64,000 nucleotides of DNA from Synechococcus sp. Lineage in GTDB: Bacteria > Cyanobacteriota > Cyanobacteriia > PCC-6307 > Cyanobiaceae. The notes beneath the pieces are model-generated. The model was not told the DNA's origin and searched no databases. It worked only from the letters and a program-made list of their open reading frames with translations. This document shows, piece by piece, positions 1 to 11,345 of this stretch (its first letter is position 1; every line of letters begins with the position of its first letter). The translations under genes were made by a program, and so were the position numbers. The stretch spans positions 2,656,136 through 2,720,135 of the forward strand of contig JBJBDC010000001.1 of the NCBI GenBank assembly GCA_047285535.1. Direction: 5' to 3'.

Positions 1-1
1 A

Positions 2-235
2 AATTGGGCTTGGGATGGTGCACGTTTAACGGTGGCAGCCGCTGGTGCAGGGCTTGGAGCCTGGGGTTTGAGTCAAGCAATCAGTTGGCCGGGTGATCTT
101 CTGGGTAGGCTTTTGCAAGTTGGCCTCTCGGCAGCAATCGGGCTCTTGCTCTTCATGGTGATTGGGCAAGCCTTCGCAGTTCAGGAAGTTCGTGAGATCA
201 GCGCTGTCATGACCCGTCGCTTTACTCGTCGTTAA
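2..235 (+). CDS. murJ: Lipid II flippase MurJ/MviN, C-terminal fragment (gene starts before the window)
   Basis: Open frame from the window edge with hydrophobic TM segments ending ...VQEVREISAVMTRRFTRR; resembles cyanobacterial MurJ C-termini. Confidence 0.6.
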   Translation, partial: NWAWDGARLTVAAAGAGLGAWGLSQAISWPGDLLGRLLQVGLSAAIGLLLFMVIGQAFAVQEVREISAVMTRRFTRR

Positions 236-485
236 GACGGACTTGGCGATCTTCACGCACCTGAATAGGTAACTCGAGTTGCTGTCGGCCCACGAGTTGA
301 GGCCCTTGCACAGAGAGGATTCGCGCTTCGATTCCATAATCACGGAAGGCAGTCTCCATCTCCTGGATGAGCGCTTTCTCCACTTGGGCTTCAGGATCGA
401 CGACCTTTCCGATGAGCCGTTCGCCGAGGCGGCCGATCCGTTGTCGGACCACATCGCGGGCATTGGTGACCTCGATGATCAGCAC
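222..485 (-). CDS. Conserved picocyanobacterial hypothetical protein (~87 aa)
   Basis: GTG start at 485 giving MLIIEVTNARDVVRQRIGRLGERLIGKVVDPEAQVE...; co-oriented with neighbours. Confidence 0.7.
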   Translation of the reverse strand: MLIIEVTNARDVVRQRIGRLGERLIGKVVDPEAQVEKALIQEMETAFRDYGIEARILSVQGPQLVGRQQLELPIQVREDRQVRLNDE

Positions 486-510
486 GGCAGATTCCGACAA
501 CCTTGCAACC

Positions 511-801
511 TTATCGGCAGTGGTCTTCGAGAATCTCCTCCAAGTCCGAAAGTTGCGAGGACGGCAACAGACGCGCCATTGGCAATCTTGCATTTCCACC
601 TCCAATGGGCACTTGAACAGCTTCGAGGGCTTGTCGCGCGGCTACAACGGCGCCTTGGTCGAGCAGAGCGCTGCATTCGATGGCTAAGGCTTCTGCTAAG
701 CCAGCATCCCCCAAATACAAGTGCCATCCCGCCACCTGTAAATAAAGGCGGTCGGCAAGTTTTGCCGTTAAGTCGCGTAGATCAGCTGAGTCAAGAGTCA
801 T
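511..801 (-). CDS. DUF3181 family protein
   Basis: MTLDSADLRDL...LYLQVAGWHLYLGDAGLAE motif typical of this cyanobacterial family; ATG at 801. Confidence 0.8.
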   Translation of the reverse strand: MTLDSADLRDLTAKLADRLYLQVAGWHLYLGDAGLAEALAIECSALLDQGAVVAARQALEAVQVPIGGGNARLPMARLLPSSQLSDLEEILEDHCR

Positions 802-836
802 CGTTGCGAGGTTGGAGCGGCTGAGCCCATGCTGAC

Positions 837-1091
837 TCAGCTTTCGCCTCTGTCTGAGTCTTGAGATGGGCGAAGACGGATGACGATCAGGAAGTGAACA
901 ATTAGAAGTCCCAGCCAAATTTCACTCCATAGGGCAAGATTTTCCCAGGGGTGCCGTATCTGCTGCACAAACCAGAGGCCGCTATTAATCGCGGCAAATC
1001 CCATGGTGTGGAGGCAGAGATTGACCACCCTGTTGAAATGTCGATAGGTGGCATTGTTCGGATCTGCAGGTCCGTACCAGCGAAGCGGCAT
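837..1091 (-). CDS. 2TM domain small membrane protein
   Basis: MPLRWYGPADP...two hydrophobic segments (FAAINSGLWF; WLGLLIVH). Confidence 0.75.
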   Translation of the reverse strand: MPLRWYGPADPNNATYRHFNRVVNLCLHTMGFAAINSGLWFVQQIRHPWENLALWSEIWLGLLIVHFLIVIRLRPSQDSDRGES

Positions 1092-1182
1092 GGGATGGCC
1101 TTCGTTATTGCTTTGATTGTGACCCGTTCATGCGCTCAGGTTGACGAAGGGTGCCTTGATGCAGTCAGATGGTGACTCGCAA

Positions 1183-1256
1183 GCGCTTGTAGCTCAGCGG
1201 ATTAGAGCATCTGACTACGGATCAGAGGGTCGGGAGTTCGAATCTCTCCAGGCGCG
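1183..1256 (+). tRNA. tRNA-Arg(ACG)
   Basis: GCGCTTG/CAGGCGC acceptor stem, D-arm AGCTCAGCGGATTAGAGC, anticodon arm TCTGA-CTACGGA-TCAGA, T-loop GTTCGAATC. Confidence 0.97.
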
Positions 1257-1262
1257 CTTCCG

Positions 1263-1288
1263 AAAACTGCCTTTTAGGCAGTTTTTTT
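1263..1288 (+). terminator. Intrinsic terminator after tRNA-Arg
   Basis: AAAACTGCCT-TTT-AGGCAGTTTT hairpin running into a T tract. Confidence 0.8.
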
Positions 1289-1349
1289 ATTGTTCATGAT
1301 CGTCATAGGGACCTTTTCCCTACGATTCCCGCATTGGTTTTTGAAAGGC

Positions 1350-2639
1350 ATGACAGAACGCTCCGCAGCCGACATCACCGCGTCCCTGAAAGCTGCTGAC
1401 CCTGTCATCGCTGGTTTGATCGGTCAAGAGCTGAATCGTCAGGAGTCCCACCTTGAGCTGATTGCATCTGAGAATTTCACCTCCAGGGCGGTGATGGAAG
1501 CCCAGGGGTCTGTGCTGACGAATAAATACGCGGAGGGCCTTCCGCATAAGCGCTATTACGGCGGATGTGAGCACGTCGATGCCATCGAAGAATTGGCGAT
1601 CCAAAGGGCTACACAGCTTTTTGATGCTGACTGGGCGAATGTTCAGCCTCATAGCGGAGCACAAGCGAATTTCGCTGTGTTTCTTGCCTTGCTTCAGCCA
1701 GGAGACACGATTCTTGGCATGGACCTCAGTCACGGTGGGCACCTTACCCATGGCTCACCCGTGAATGTCAGTGGCAAGTGGTTCAACGTTGTCCATTACG
1801 GGGTGGACAGAGAAACCCATAGGCTTGATATGGGGGCGATTCGACAGCTGGCTCTCGAGCACAAACCAAAGCTCATCATTTGCGGATATTCGGCCTATCC
1901 GCGATCCATTGATTTCGCCGCATTCCGTGCCATCGCAGATGAAGTGGGTGCCTACCTCCTGGCTGATATGGCTCATATCGCAGGCTTGGTAGCTGCTGGT
2001 GTTCATTCCAGTCCTGTACCTCACTGTGACGTCGTCACCACCACGACCCACAAAACACTCCGCGGTCCTCGGGGTGGTCTGATCCTTTGCAGGGATTCAG
2101 AGTTCGCTCGCCGTTTTGACAAAGCGGTCTTCCCAGGAACACAAGGAGGACCGCTTGAGCATGTGATTGCAGCGAAGGCCGTGGCGTTTGGTGAGGCTTT
2201 ACAGCCCGAATTCAAGGATTACATCCGTCAGGTGGTGGCCAACGCTCAGGCTCTTGCAGCTCGACTTCAGGAGCGTGGCATTGATGTCGTGAGCGGAGGG
2301 ACGGATAACCATCTTGTGCTTCTTGACCTACGCAGTATCGGTATGACTGGCAAGGTTGCTGATCTGTTGGTGAGTGATGTCAACATCACCGCTAACAAAA
2401 ACACTGTTCCTTTTGATCCCGAGTCTCCCTTTGTCACGAGTGGATTGCGATTGGGAACTGCTGCACTCTCCACGCGCGGCTTCGATCAGAAAGCGTTCCG
2501 CCAGGTTGCTGACGTGATCGCTGATCGTCTGCAGAATCCTGACGATGAGACCATCAAAGTGCGTTGTCTGGAGGCTGTAAGTCATCTTTGCAAGAGGTTT
2601 CCGCTTTACGCCCCTGCGTTGGAACCAGCTCTTGCATGA
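1350..2639 (+). CDS. glyA: Serine hydroxymethyltransferase
   Basis: [38 protein letters not shown]-lysine motif; ATG at 1350 preferred over the upstream TTG. Confidence 0.98.
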   Translation: MTERSAADITASLKAADPVIAGLIGQELNRQESHLELIASENFTSRAVMEAQGSVLTNKYAEGLPHKRYYGGCEHVDAIEELAIQRATQLFDADWANVQPHSGAQANFAVFLALLQPGDTILGMDLSHGGHLTHGSPVNVSGKWFNVVHYGVDRETHRLDMGAIRQLALEHKPKLIICGYSAYPRSIDFAAFRAIADEVGAYLLADMAHIAGLVAAGVHSSPVPHCDVVTTTTHKTLRGPRGGLILCRDSEFARRFDKAVFPGTQGGPLEHVIAAKAVAFGEALQPEFKDYIRQVVANAQALAARLQERGIDVVSGGTDNHLVLLDLRSIGMTGKVADLLVSDVNITANKNTVPFDPESPFVTSGLRLGTAALSTRGFDQKAFRQVADVIADRLQNPDDETIKVRCLEAVSHLCKRFPLYAPALEPALA

Positions 2640-2728
2640 GTGTCCTAGAACCCGTGTTGCCAAGCCTTGTTTTGCTTAAAGTTGATTTTTAATTAATCCG
2701 TCTGGGTCGCCATTTGTCGGAGTTTTCT

Positions 2729-3874
2729 GTGATTTTCGCGAGTACTCCTCTCGCAGTCTCTACAGCAACTTTTGTGGTGGCGGCTGTTATTACGACGTTG
2801 CTTGTCCCTCAAGTGCGTCGGCTTGGCTTGAGATTAGGTCTCACAGATCTGCCCGATTCCCGTAAGCAGCATTCCATCCCGATGGTCCGCCTGGGCGGTA
2901 TCGCTTTAGTCCTTGGGTTCTGCTTGTCCCTCGGATTGACTTGGTGGAGCGGGGGGTTTGGGCTGTTGAATCCAGCCCGTGATGAGCTCATTTGGACCAC
3001 TCTTGCGGGCTCTCTTTGCTTTTTCTTCATCGGTCTGGCCGACGATCTGTTTGCCCTGTCTCCGTGGCCCCGTTTAGCGGGACAGATTGCTGTTTCTATC
3101 GTCGTCTGGTCTCAGGGAGTGCGTATTGGAGCAATTGATCTCCCCTGGCTAGCCAATAGCTCCGAAGCCTTACTGCTCCCGAATGCACTCAGCTTGATCG
3201 CCACTGTGATCTGGCTCGTGGGGATTACCAATGCGATCAACTGGTTGGATGGTCTTGATGGCCTGGCTGCTGGCGTCGGTGGAATTGCAGCGGTTGGTTT
3301 GGTATCGGTCAGTTTTTCCCTGCATCAAACGGCCGCCGCTTTCCTTGCAGCAGCGTTAGCCGGAAGCTGTCTCGGTTTCCTCCGCCACAATTTCAATCCT
3401 GCCCGTATTTTTATGGGTGATGGAGGGTCCTATTTTTTAGGTTTCACCCTGGCGGCCATCAGCATTGTTGGTCCTGCGAAAGGACTCACAACAGTCAGCT
3501 TGTTGCTGCCATTGCTAATTCTTTCATTGCCTTTAGCTGATATGTCGGCAGTGATTATGGGGCGTCTCAGCGATGGTCATTCTCCTTTTTATCCTGATCG
3601 CAGGCATCTCCATCATCGACTGCTGCGTGCTGGTTTCAGTCATCGACGCACGGTCCTCTTGATCTATGTGTTCACGCAGTGGCTTGCTTCACTTGCCATG
3701 GTGGTGGCCAATGTAGAGATGCGTTTTCTTTGGCTTGGACTGGCGACGGCAATTCTTGTTGCCACTGTGGTCACCATTAATCGCCATCGTCATTTCGAGC
3801 CTGATGTGAGCCAGCCTCTAGAAGAGGATCTAAATGAACAAGATGTGGTCCGTCGCCGAAAAAGGCATGACTGA
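2729..3874 (+). CDS. MraY/WecA family undecaprenyl-phosphate GlcNAc-1-P transferase
   Basis: [41 protein letters not shown] motifs; polytopic membrane protein; start approximate. Confidence 0.9.
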   Translation: MIFASTPLAVSTATFVVAAVITTLLVPQVRRLGLRLGLTDLPDSRKQHSIPMVRLGGIALVLGFCLSLGLTWWSGGFGLLNPARDELIWTTLAGSLCFFFIGLADDLFALSPWPRLAGQIAVSIVVWSQGVRIGAIDLPWLANSSEALLLPNALSLIATVIWLVGITNAINWLDGLDGLAAGVGGIAAVGLVSVSFSLHQTAAAFLAAALAGSCLGFLRHNFNPARIFMGDGGSYFLGFTLAAISIVGPAKGLTTVSLLLPLLILSLPLADMSAVIMGRLSDGHSPFYPDRRHLHHRLLRAGFSHRRTVLLIYVFTQWLASLAMVVANVEMRFLWLGLATAILVATVVTINRHRHFEPDVSQPLEEDLNEQDVVRRRKRHD

Positions 3875-5183
3875 TGGGTCTGAAAATTCTGAAGTTGAGA
3901 TTCTCTGTGTTGGAACTGAGCTCCTGTTGGGAAATATCCTTAACGGCAATGCCCGCTGGTTGTCCGAGGAGCTCGCTTCTCTTGGTCTTGCCCATTTTCG
4001 TCAGACCGTTGTCGGGGACAATCGCAAACGCCTGATTGCGTTGGTTCAGGAAATAGCTCAACGCTCCAGGGTGTTGATCACCACTGGAGGCCTCGGACCG
4101 ACTCCGGATGATCTGACCACGGAGGCTTTGGCAGCTGCGTTTTCTGTTCCTTTGGTCGAGCGAGCCGACGTTTGGTCTGACATTCAAGAGAAGGCCTACA
4201 GCCGCGGTCGCACTCCCGGCCCTGAGACCCGTCGCCAGGCTCTTTTACCTGTCGGAGCAAAGGTTTTATGGAATCTAACGGGAACCGCCCCCGGCATGAT
4301 CTGGACCCCGGTGCCTGGATTCACCGTGCTTACGTTTCCCGGGGTGCCCAGTGAGATGAAAGCGATGTGGAAGGCCACGGCCGTGCCCTGGTTCCGGTCG
4401 TCCGGTCTCTCCAAAGGTGTGTTTGTCAGTCGCCTTCTTCATTTCTGGGGCATTGGTGAATCCACGTTGGCCGAACAGGTGGCCGATTTGTTGGAAGGTG
4501 CGAATCCCACCGTTGCTCCCTACGCCGGGCGCGGAGATGTGAAGCTCAGGATTACGGCCTGCGCTGATGAGCCTGCGAAGGCTTGGGTGCTGGTGGATCA
4601 AACCGAGCAGACGTTGCGCCAGCGCACGGGCAATCTTTGTTTTGGCGTTGATCAAGATTCTCTTGCTTCTGTCGTGTTGATGCAACTGGGTCAAACAGGT
4701 CAAACCTTATCTGTTGCGGAATCCTGCACTGGTGGAGGCCTTGGCGCTGAACTCACAGCTGTGCCTGGTGCCTCGTCTGTGGTGGTCGGTGGGGTGATTG
4801 CCTATTCAAATGCCATTAAGCGAAACCTTCTTTCAGTACCACAGGCCCTTCTCGAAGAGTATGGCGCTGTCAGTGCCCCAGTGGCGCAGGCGATGGCGAT
4901 TGGCGTTCGTTCTCTTACAGGATCAGATTGGGCCCTTGCGATCACTGGAATTGCAGGCCCTGATGGGGGAACTCTGGAGAAACCGGTTGGTTTGGTGTAC
5001 GTCGCCGTCGCTGGTCCCAACGGATGCAGCAGTGAGATGTTGCGTTTGGGACACACACGAGGCCGAGAGTGGATCAGGATGGTCAGTGCTGGTGAAGCTC
5101 TCAACAGTCTTCGTTTGCGCTTGATGGCCCCATCCCAGGATCTCGGTCATCAAGGGACCAGTACCGGTAGGAGGTCATGTTGA
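3867..5183 (+). CDS. cinA: Competence/damage-inducible protein CinA (MoCF-like domain + NMN deamidase)
   Basis: [46 protein letters not shown]. Confidence 0.95.
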   Translation: MTDGSENSEVEILCVGTELLLGNILNGNARWLSEELASLGLAHFRQTVVGDNRKRLIALVQEIAQRSRVLITTGGLGPTPDDLTTEALAAAFSVPLVERADVWSDIQEKAYSRGRTPGPETRRQALLPVGAKVLWNLTGTAPGMIWTPVPGFTVLTFPGVPSEMKAMWKATAVPWFRSSGLSKGVFVSRLLHFWGIGESTLAEQVADLLEGANPTVAPYAGRGDVKLRITACADEPAKAWVLVDQTEQTLRQRTGNLCFGVDQDSLASVVLMQLGQTGQTLSVAESCTGGGLGAELTAVPGASSVVVGGVIAYSNAIKRNLLSVPQALLEEYGAVSAPVAQAMAIGVRSLTGSDWALAITGIAGPDGGTLEKPVGLVYVAVAGPNGCSSEMLRLGHTRGREWIRMVSAGEALNSLRLRLMAPSQDLGHQGTSTGRRSC

Positions 5184-5237
5184 TCTGATCGAATGTGCGA
5201 TTTGCCACTAGGGTTTTTGCTGAATTGTTGAAAGGGA

Positions 5238-6644
5238 ATGAGCAGCGGAACCCTCTACGACAAGGTTTGGGATCTTCACCGCGTTGCTGATCTCCCTGGG
5301 GGCTCCACTCAGTTGCTGATTGGTTTGCACCTGATCCATGAAGTGACGAGCCCTCAGGCGTTCGCTGCTCTTGAAGACAAGGGGCTGACAGTGCGTTGTC
5401 CGGAGCGAACGGTGGCGACGGTCGATCACATCGTTCCAACAACGAGTCAGTCCAGGCCTTTCGCTGATCCCTTAGCTGAAGACATGCTCAGCACTCTGGA
5501 GCGCAACTGTCGCAACTATGGGATTTTGCTCAATGGAATCGGAAGTGGTCGTCAAGGAATTGTGCATGTGATTGCTCCGGAGTTGGGTTTGACCCAGCCC
5601 GGAATGACAGTGGCCTGTGGGGATTCACACACCTCAACGCACGGCGCCTTCGGGGCGATTGCTTTTGGCATCGGTACCTCTCAGGTTCGTGATGTTTTGG
5701 CGAGCCAAAGCTTGGCAATGAACAAACTTAAGGTGCGTCGCATTTGGGTTGAGAACCGCTTAGGCCCTGGGGTTTTTGCGAAGGATTTGATCCTTCACGT
5801 CATTCGTTCTCTTGGTGTTAAGGCTGGCGTGGGCTATGCCTATGAATTTGCGGGGCCGGCTATCGAGCTCCTCTCGATGGAAGAGCGAATGACCCTCTGC
5901 AATATGGCAATTGAGGGAGGCGCTCGCTGCGGCTATGTCAATCCTGATCAGACAACATTTGATTATTTAGAAGGTCGTCCCTCCATACCCAGCGGTGAAG
6001 CTTGGCAACGGGCAATGAGCTGGTGGCGATCGCTCGCCTCCGATTCGGATGCTCGTTTTGATGATGAGCTGCGCTTTGATGCTGCTGTGATTCCTCCTAC
6101 GGTGACCTGGGGCATCACCCCCGGCCAGGGGATTGGCGTCGATGAGCATGTACCAAAGCCTGAGCAACTCGATCCAGCAGATCGCCCTATCGCTGAAGAG
6201 GCATATCGTTATATGGATTTGGAGCCTGGACAAGCCATTGCTGGCGTGCCGGTAGATGTTTGTTTCATCGGCAGTTGCACCAATGGTCGTCTTAGTGATT
6301 TGAAGGCTGCAGCTCATGTGGCACGAGGACGGCAGGTGGCTTCGGGGATCAAGGCTTTTGTGGTACCTGGCTCGGAGCAGGTAGCCCGCGCTGCTGAGGC
6401 TGAAGGCCTCGATCAAGTGTTTCGAGATGCCGGATTCGAGTGGCGTGAGCCTGGCTGTTCAATGTGTTTAGCAATGAATCCTGACCGGCTTGAGGGGCGT
6501 CAGATCAGCGCAAGCTCAAGTAATCGAAACTTTAAAGGGCGCCAGGGATCATCAAGTGGACGGACGCTGCTGATGAGTCCTGCCATGGTTGCGGCGGCAG
6601 CGGTGACCGGTCATGTCAGTGATGTCCGCTTGCTTGACTCCTGA
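5238..6644 (+). CDS. leuC: 3-isopropylmalate dehydratase large subunit
   Basis: [51 protein letters not shown]. Confidence 0.98.
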   Translation: MSSGTLYDKVWDLHRVADLPGGSTQLLIGLHLIHEVTSPQAFAALEDKGLTVRCPERTVATVDHIVPTTSQSRPFADPLAEDMLSTLERNCRNYGILLNGIGSGRQGIVHVIAPELGLTQPGMTVACGDSHTSTHGAFGAIAFGIGTSQVRDVLASQSLAMNKLKVRRIWVENRLGPGVFAKDLILHVIRSLGVKAGVGYAYEFAGPAIELLSMEERMTLCNMAIEGGARCGYVNPDQTTFDYLEGRPSIPSGEAWQRAMSWWRSLASDSDARFDDELRFDAAVIPPTVTWGITPGQGIGVDEHVPKPEQLDPADRPIAEEAYRYMDLEPGQAIAGVPVDVCFIGSCTNGRLSDLKAAAHVARGRQVASGIKAFVVPGSEQVARAAEAEGLDQVFRDAGFEWREPGCSMCLAMNPDRLEGRQISASSSNRNFKGRQGSSSGRTLLMSPAMVAAAAVTGHVSDVRLLDS

Positions 6645-6717
6645 TGGTTTGCTGAAGCTGGTGGACTTTTCGCATTGCTGGTGTGTTCAGGTCGCTGTAC
6701 CTATTTTTTGATTTTTC

Positions 6718-7332
6718 ATGACTAAGGCCCTCGATTTCCCTCATGGTTTGATCACCTCGATTCACGGCCGAGCCTTTTCGTTACGAGGTGACGATATTGA
6801 TACGGATCGGATTATTCCGGCTCGATTTTTGAAATGCGTGAGCTTTGAGGCCCTTGGGGCTCAGGCCTTTGCTGATGATCGTCAGGAGCTCAAAGGACAG
6901 CATCCCTTTGATCTGCCAGCGAATCAAGGGGCCAAGATTTTGGTGGTTAATGACAACTTTGGTTGTGGCTCTAGCCGTGAACATGCGCCTCAAGCCCTCA
7001 TGCGCTGGGGAATCCGTGCTCTTGTCGGGGTCAGTTTTGCAGAAATCTTTTTTGGAAACTGTTTGGCGCTTGGAATTCCTTGTTTGAAGGCCGGCAAAGA
7101 TGAGGTGCAGGCGCTTCAAGATGCTGTGGATCAGAATTCAGCAGTTGACTGGACTATCGACTTGGAGGCCTTAAATTGCAGCAATGGCAAGGACAGTTGG
7201 CCTCTTCAAATGGATCTGGGCCCTCTCGATATGTTTAAGTCCGGTCGATGGGATGCAACGGGCCAACTTTTAGCTCGTGATGATGAATTGAAGGCCACCA
7301 TGGAGTCTCTTCCCTATATCAAGGGGTTCTAG
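6718..7332 (+). CDS. leuD: 3-isopropylmalate dehydratase small subunit
   Basis: DIDTDRIIPARFL, NFGCGSSREHAPQAL, SFAEIFFGN. Confidence 0.97.
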   Translation: MTKALDFPHGLITSIHGRAFSLRGDDIDTDRIIPARFLKCVSFEALGAQAFADDRQELKGQHPFDLPANQGAKILVVNDNFGCGSSREHAPQALMRWGIRALVGVSFAEIFFGNCLALGIPCLKAGKDEVQALQDAVDQNSAVDWTIDLEALNCSNGKDSWPLQMDLGPLDMFKSGRWDATGQLLARDDELKATMESLPYIKGF

Positions 7333-7384
7333 CGCGGCAGACACTTGTTTTAGTGTCTATGAAGGAGGAAGCGGCGTTGATGTC

Positions 7385-7858
7385 ATGGCTTCCCTCCTCA
7401 AGAGTTTCCGGTTTGTATTGGGCTCAATGGCCTTAACATTGAGTCACTCGGCTGTTCAGGCTGGACCTGTGATTCAGCTTGCCGTGGAGCCTTTCGGCAC
7501 CCCCATAGAGCGCTTGATTCAGAGTGGTGCTTGTCAGAGTTGTGATTTGCGAGAGGCTGATTTGCGTGGTCGCCATCTGATCGGGGCTGACTTGCGTGGT
7601 GCTGATTTGCGCGGAGCAGAGCTCAGCGGGGCGAATCTTGAAGGTGCTGATTTAAGTGGTGCCAGGCTTGATGGTGCCAGGTTGCAAGGTGCGATGCTCA
7701 GCAATACCGATCTTTCAGGTACGGATCTTCGCCGTGCTGATTTGCGTGATTCCGTAGTAATTAATGCGTTTGCTCCGGGAGTGCGAACTGATGGCATGCA
7801 GTTTGCTGGGTCTAATCTTACGGGCAGTCATTTGATCTATGGCGGTGGTCCTGATTAA
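7385..7858 (+). CDS. Pentapeptide repeat protein with signal peptide
   Basis: N-terminal signal (..AVQA), CQSCDL then tandem A(D/N/E)LxG repeats. Confidence 0.9.
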   Translation: MASLLKSFRFVLGSMALTLSHSAVQAGPVIQLAVEPFGTPIERLIQSGACQSCDLREADLRGRHLIGADLRGADLRGAELSGANLEGADLSGARLDGARLQGAMLSNTDLSGTDLRRADLRDSVVINAFAPGVRTDGMQFAGSNLTGSHLIYGGGPD

Positions 7859-7870
7859 GAGACAACGTGA

Positions 7871-10800
7871 TTAGAAGGGACGGTTGTCTAATTCGTTTGA
7901 TGGGTTGTAAGGAATGAATGGAACTCCAGTTCCCGTAAAGTTGAAATCATTGAGGCGGAATCTGAATCCACCGATGCCCTGATATGGGTTGTAATAGAAA
8001 CCAAAATCATAGGAGCGACGCTGCCAGCGCAGCTCAATATTGGAGTCAATGACGTCGCCATAAAACTCTGAGGCGGGATCGACATTTAATCCAACACCAG
8101 CATTTAAAATCAGGGGTCCTGCGATCTGTTGGGTGAGGCCTATCCCCAATGTCCCAAGGTCAATGGCTTGATCAAAATCAAAAGGACTTGCACCCTGTTT
8201 GAGGGTGCCACCACCAGTCACCGAGAGCTGGGTGTAGTCAAGGAAGGGTTTGCTGAAGGTTCCCAGCGTGAGCGTTGGGCCTCCACTGAGGCTGATTGTG
8301 TTTTGCCTTGTGCCGTTTCCAAAGGCTGCTAGCTGTGTGTTGATGTTGGTGTTGAAAGAAAGCCCTGGAACGATGGCGACCGGCGAGTAGCGATAAGCCG
8401 ATTCCGGAGTGAGGGCCGCAGGTTGACCACTCCAGATCCTGTAGCTGCTATTGAGAGAGCCATAAAAATTGAATCGCCATAAATCTGTAAGGTTTTCACT
8501 TTGGAATTGTTCGGCTTGATAGTTTCCAGCTCCAACACGCCAGATGTAGCTATTGGAAAGTTTGCCTAATTGGAAGGCTCCTCTTTTTTCCAAGAAACCA
8601 CCAAAAGCAGAGTAAACATCTGTTTCTCCCAAAGAACCATTGAAGGCTCGGAAGCGATAAGCAGAAAATCCTCTGACCTTAACTTCGCCCAACCAGGGAA
8701 GAGTGACATTGTTTCTCAATTCACCCCAAAAGCGACTTCCATTCATGAAGTTGTTGGGATTAAACGTGCTGATGTCCGCATTGGCTTCTACTTCCCATCC
8801 CCATAACTCACTAATAAGCTCTGCTTCAAGACCAAACAGGTCGCCAGCTGTTGTGGTCTGACTAACCTTGCCGCTGTTAATTGAGCGTCCTGGCTTCACA
8901 TAACTGTTTGTTTCTCCGTCGATAGCCCGTTGCAAAAGAAGTTGTGGTTGCAGGCTCAAAATTGTGTTGTCGCTAAGTTCGATGGGTTTGAGATCTCGCC
9001 CAACGAAGAAACCATCGCGATCGTCGTTGTCGATTCCGAAGACCCAGCGATTTTCGACTTCTTCTTCTTTGCTGATGCGCTGAGTTCGACTCACTGGGAT
9101 GGGGAGGCGTTCTTCAACAATGAGACGATTGCGTGCACTTTTAATCAGGATGTCGCCATTGGGCTGTTCCTGAGCAATCACATCTTCGGCATCGATTCTG
9201 GTTTGTGCTGGTGTGAATGGATCATTGGTGAATCCCATTCGCTCAGCTTTCCATCCTTCAGGTGTGATGGAGACCCTTGATGCTTGGATGCGCCAGCGGC
9301 TAATTTGCCCGGTCACGAGCTGGGTCTTGCCGAGGGCCTCAAGCTGAGACGAACGTACACCACCAAAGGTATTCTCCGCTTCGATTTCCCTGTTGTTGAC
9401 TGCTCCAGGCACTCCAATACGTCTCTCGATCGTGAGTCGTTGTTGGAACTGAATGCTGCTGATCCTTTGATCGATCATGGCGATCGCTTGGGCGCGCAGA
9501 GTCTCCTGTTCAGCAGGAGACATCCCTGAGAAGCGCGACTGCGCAAGGGGTTCAGGGGGAATGATGGGTTGATTGCCACCTTTGCCCAGAGTGATCTCTT
9601 CGAGCTTTTCGTTCAAGGTGAGCAGTGGTGGGCGAGTGGCGCGATCAGGGTCAGGGCAACCAAGGGGGGGCGGAACGTCTGCAACTTGCGATGCCATTTG
9701 GTCTTTACCGAAGCGATAACGCAAGCCCAGCAGATAGGCATTACTCCCTTCTTTGACGCCGTTATAGGTGCCAAATGCTCCGGAGCGATGGTGAATTCTT
9801 CCGACCATAGAAAGCTGATCTGAGACCGAGGCTTCCAACTCAAAGGCCAGGTAGTTGAGCAGCTGGGAGAAGTTTTCTCGATACGTGCGCTCGTAGTTGC
9901 TGACGGATGTGTTGTAACTGATGCCTTCTACAAAACCGAAGCTCAGCCACGGTTGCACCCAGAGCCTCGCCCCTAGGCCAATGATCGCCTCCCCGAACAG
10001 CTGTTCGGGGGTGTCTGCGTTCGGCACACTCTGGTTGAATTCACCTCCTTGTTGCCTGAAAGCCTGATGGCCGAAAAGATCAGCCTCTAGTTCCAATGCG
10101 AATGGTCCAGCACGCCAAATTCGTTTTTGCATGCTGACACCCAACAGATATTCCTCTCGCAAACGCCCGTTGAACAGAAAGGTATCTCCAAAGTTGGAGT
10201 CGATCATTTGCCCACCCCAAGCGGTGACGGCCCACGGATGGGGATGCCAGTCAGGGATAGGAGGAAGAGGTGTTGGGCAGGCCATGCCCTCAAAGGATTG
10301 TTGGACCTGAGGGTTCGCTTCGGTCGGAGTGGGGACTGTCCAGGTGTTGAGCGGCAGAAGTTCCTCATCCCAGAAGTTTCTATTGCCTTGGGGGCTGAGG
10401 CTTCTTGGGGTTGTACTGCCAAGCTCAAGATCAATGGCGGTAGGGAATCCAAGCCCTGTGCTTTCCACGACTGGGAGTGGTTCTTCTGGGTTGTTTGGGG
10501 AAAACGAGCGTTCAGTCCTGGACGAAGGACCAAAACCTTGGGAAAGCTCGTCCAGCTCAAGAACGCCGTAGACGTCTTCGAGTTCCCCACTGTTTTGGAT
10601 CAGGCTGTATCGAAAAGTACTGGCTTGAAAATACTGAGATCCACGACGTAATCGAACGCTGCCTCGCGCAAACAAAGTGTTGAAGTTGCTGTCGAATTCG
10701 ATTCGATCAGCCTGGAGCACACCTCCACGGAGTTTTGCTCGCACATTCCCTTCCGCAATGAAGACTCCACTGCGAGCATCAAACGATTGCCTGTCTGCCT

Positions 10801-11071
10801 TGAGATCGATCTCCTCAGGAGGCTTGGGAGTTGTTGGGGTGGTCGGTGTGACCGTTGGAAGGGTTGAGCTATTGGGAAAGGGTTCGACACCGATTCGGAG
10901 AGAACTCTCATCGTCCTCGGGAAAACTCGCTTGAACTGAAGACTCTTCAGTTATGGCATCGATGCCGTCTTGTTTGACGTCTTGAGGTTGCGAATAGGCG
11001 GGTAAACCTGTCAGCGCAGCTGCAACAGCCAGTGATCCTGCAATCCTGGTGATGGGGCTAAACGCCGACAA
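7871..11071 (-). CDS. DUF3769 / LptD(OstA)-like outer membrane protein
   Basis: Signal peptide, OstA-like LKADRQSFD..FIAEGNV..LQADRIEF domain, C-terminal DUF3769 region ending ..GGFRFRLNDFNFTGTGVPF. Confidence 0.85.
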   Translation of the reverse strand: MSAFSPITRIAGSLAVAAALTGLPAYSQPQDVKQDGIDAITEESSVQASFPEDDESSLRIGVEPFPNSSTLPTVTPTTPTTPKPPEEIDLKADRQSFDARSGVFIAEGNVRAKLRGGVLQADRIEFDSNFNTLFARGSVRLRRGSQYFQASTFRYSLIQNSGELEDVYGVLELDELSQGFGPSSRTERSFSPNNPEEPLPVVESTGLGFPTAIDLELGSTTPRSLSPQGNRNFWDEELLPLNTWTVPTPTEANPQVQQSFEGMACPTPLPPIPDWHPHPWAVTAWGGQMIDSNFGDTFLFNGRLREEYLLGVSMQKRIWRAGPFALELEADLFGHQAFRQQGGEFNQSVPNADTPEQLFGEAIIGLGARLWVQPWLSFGFVEGISYNTSVSNYERTYRENFSQLLNYLAFELEASVSDQLSMVGRIHHRSGAFGTYNGVKEGSNAYLLGLRYRFGKDQMASQVADVPPPLGCPDPDRATRPPLLTLNEKLEEITLGKGGNQPIIPPEPLAQSRFSGMSPAEQETLRAQAIAMIDQRISSIQFQQRLTIERRIGVPGAVNNREIEAENTFGGVRSSQLEALGKTQLVTGQISRWRIQASRVSITPEGWKAERMGFTNDPFTPAQTRIDAEDVIAQEQPNGDILIKSARNRLIVEERLPIPVSRTQRISKEEEVENRWVFGIDNDDRDGFFVGRDLKPIELSDNTILSLQPQLLLQRAIDGETNSYVKPGRSINSGKVSQTTTAGDLFGLEAELISELWGWEVEANADISTFNPNNFMNGSRFWGELRNNVTLPWLGEVKVRGFSAYRFRAFNGSLGETDVYSAFGGFLEKRGAFQLGKLSNSYIWRVGAGNYQAEQFQSENLTDLWRFNFYGSLNSSYRIWSGQPAALTPESAYRYSPVAIVPGLSFNTNINTQLAAFGNGTRQNTISLSGGPTLTLGTFSKPFLDYTQLSVTGGGTLKQGASPFDFDQAIDLGTLGIGLTQQIAGPLILNAGVGLNVDPASEFYGDVIDSNIELRWQRRSYDFGFYYNPYQGIGGFRFRLNDFNFTGTGVPFIPYNPSNELDNRPF

Positions 11072-11164
11072 GAGAAATCAGCAATGGCCGCTGATCTTGC
11101 CATGTGTAAAGGCTTCACGAAGGGATGTTTGACCAGTGCTTGGCGTGACCCTGCCGGCTAGTTA

Positions 11165-11284
11165 TCAATCTTCGAGATCTTTACGACTAGGCGTACGGCT
11201 TGGGTCACTGGCAAGAAAACCAAAGACAAAGATGCCGAGGAAGAAAAAGACGACGGAATAAACCGAAATCTTGAGGGCAAGCAT
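11165..11284 (-). CDS. psbI: Photosystem II reaction centre protein I
   Basis: Hand translation [39 protein letters not shown] (39 aa; not in the ORF track). Confidence 0.96.
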   Translation of the reverse strand: MLALKISVYSVVFFFLGIFVFGFLASDPSRTPSRKDLED

Positions 11285-11345
11285 GGCAACCGACCGGCTT
11301 CTGAAATTTGATAGCCATTCTATGGCGGAATGATGCAATATCAGG

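Noticed and set aside
7540..7760. Recurring GCTGATTTGCG-like 15-bp periodic repeats
   Set aside because: Explained by pentapeptide-repeat coding; not a DNA repeat element.
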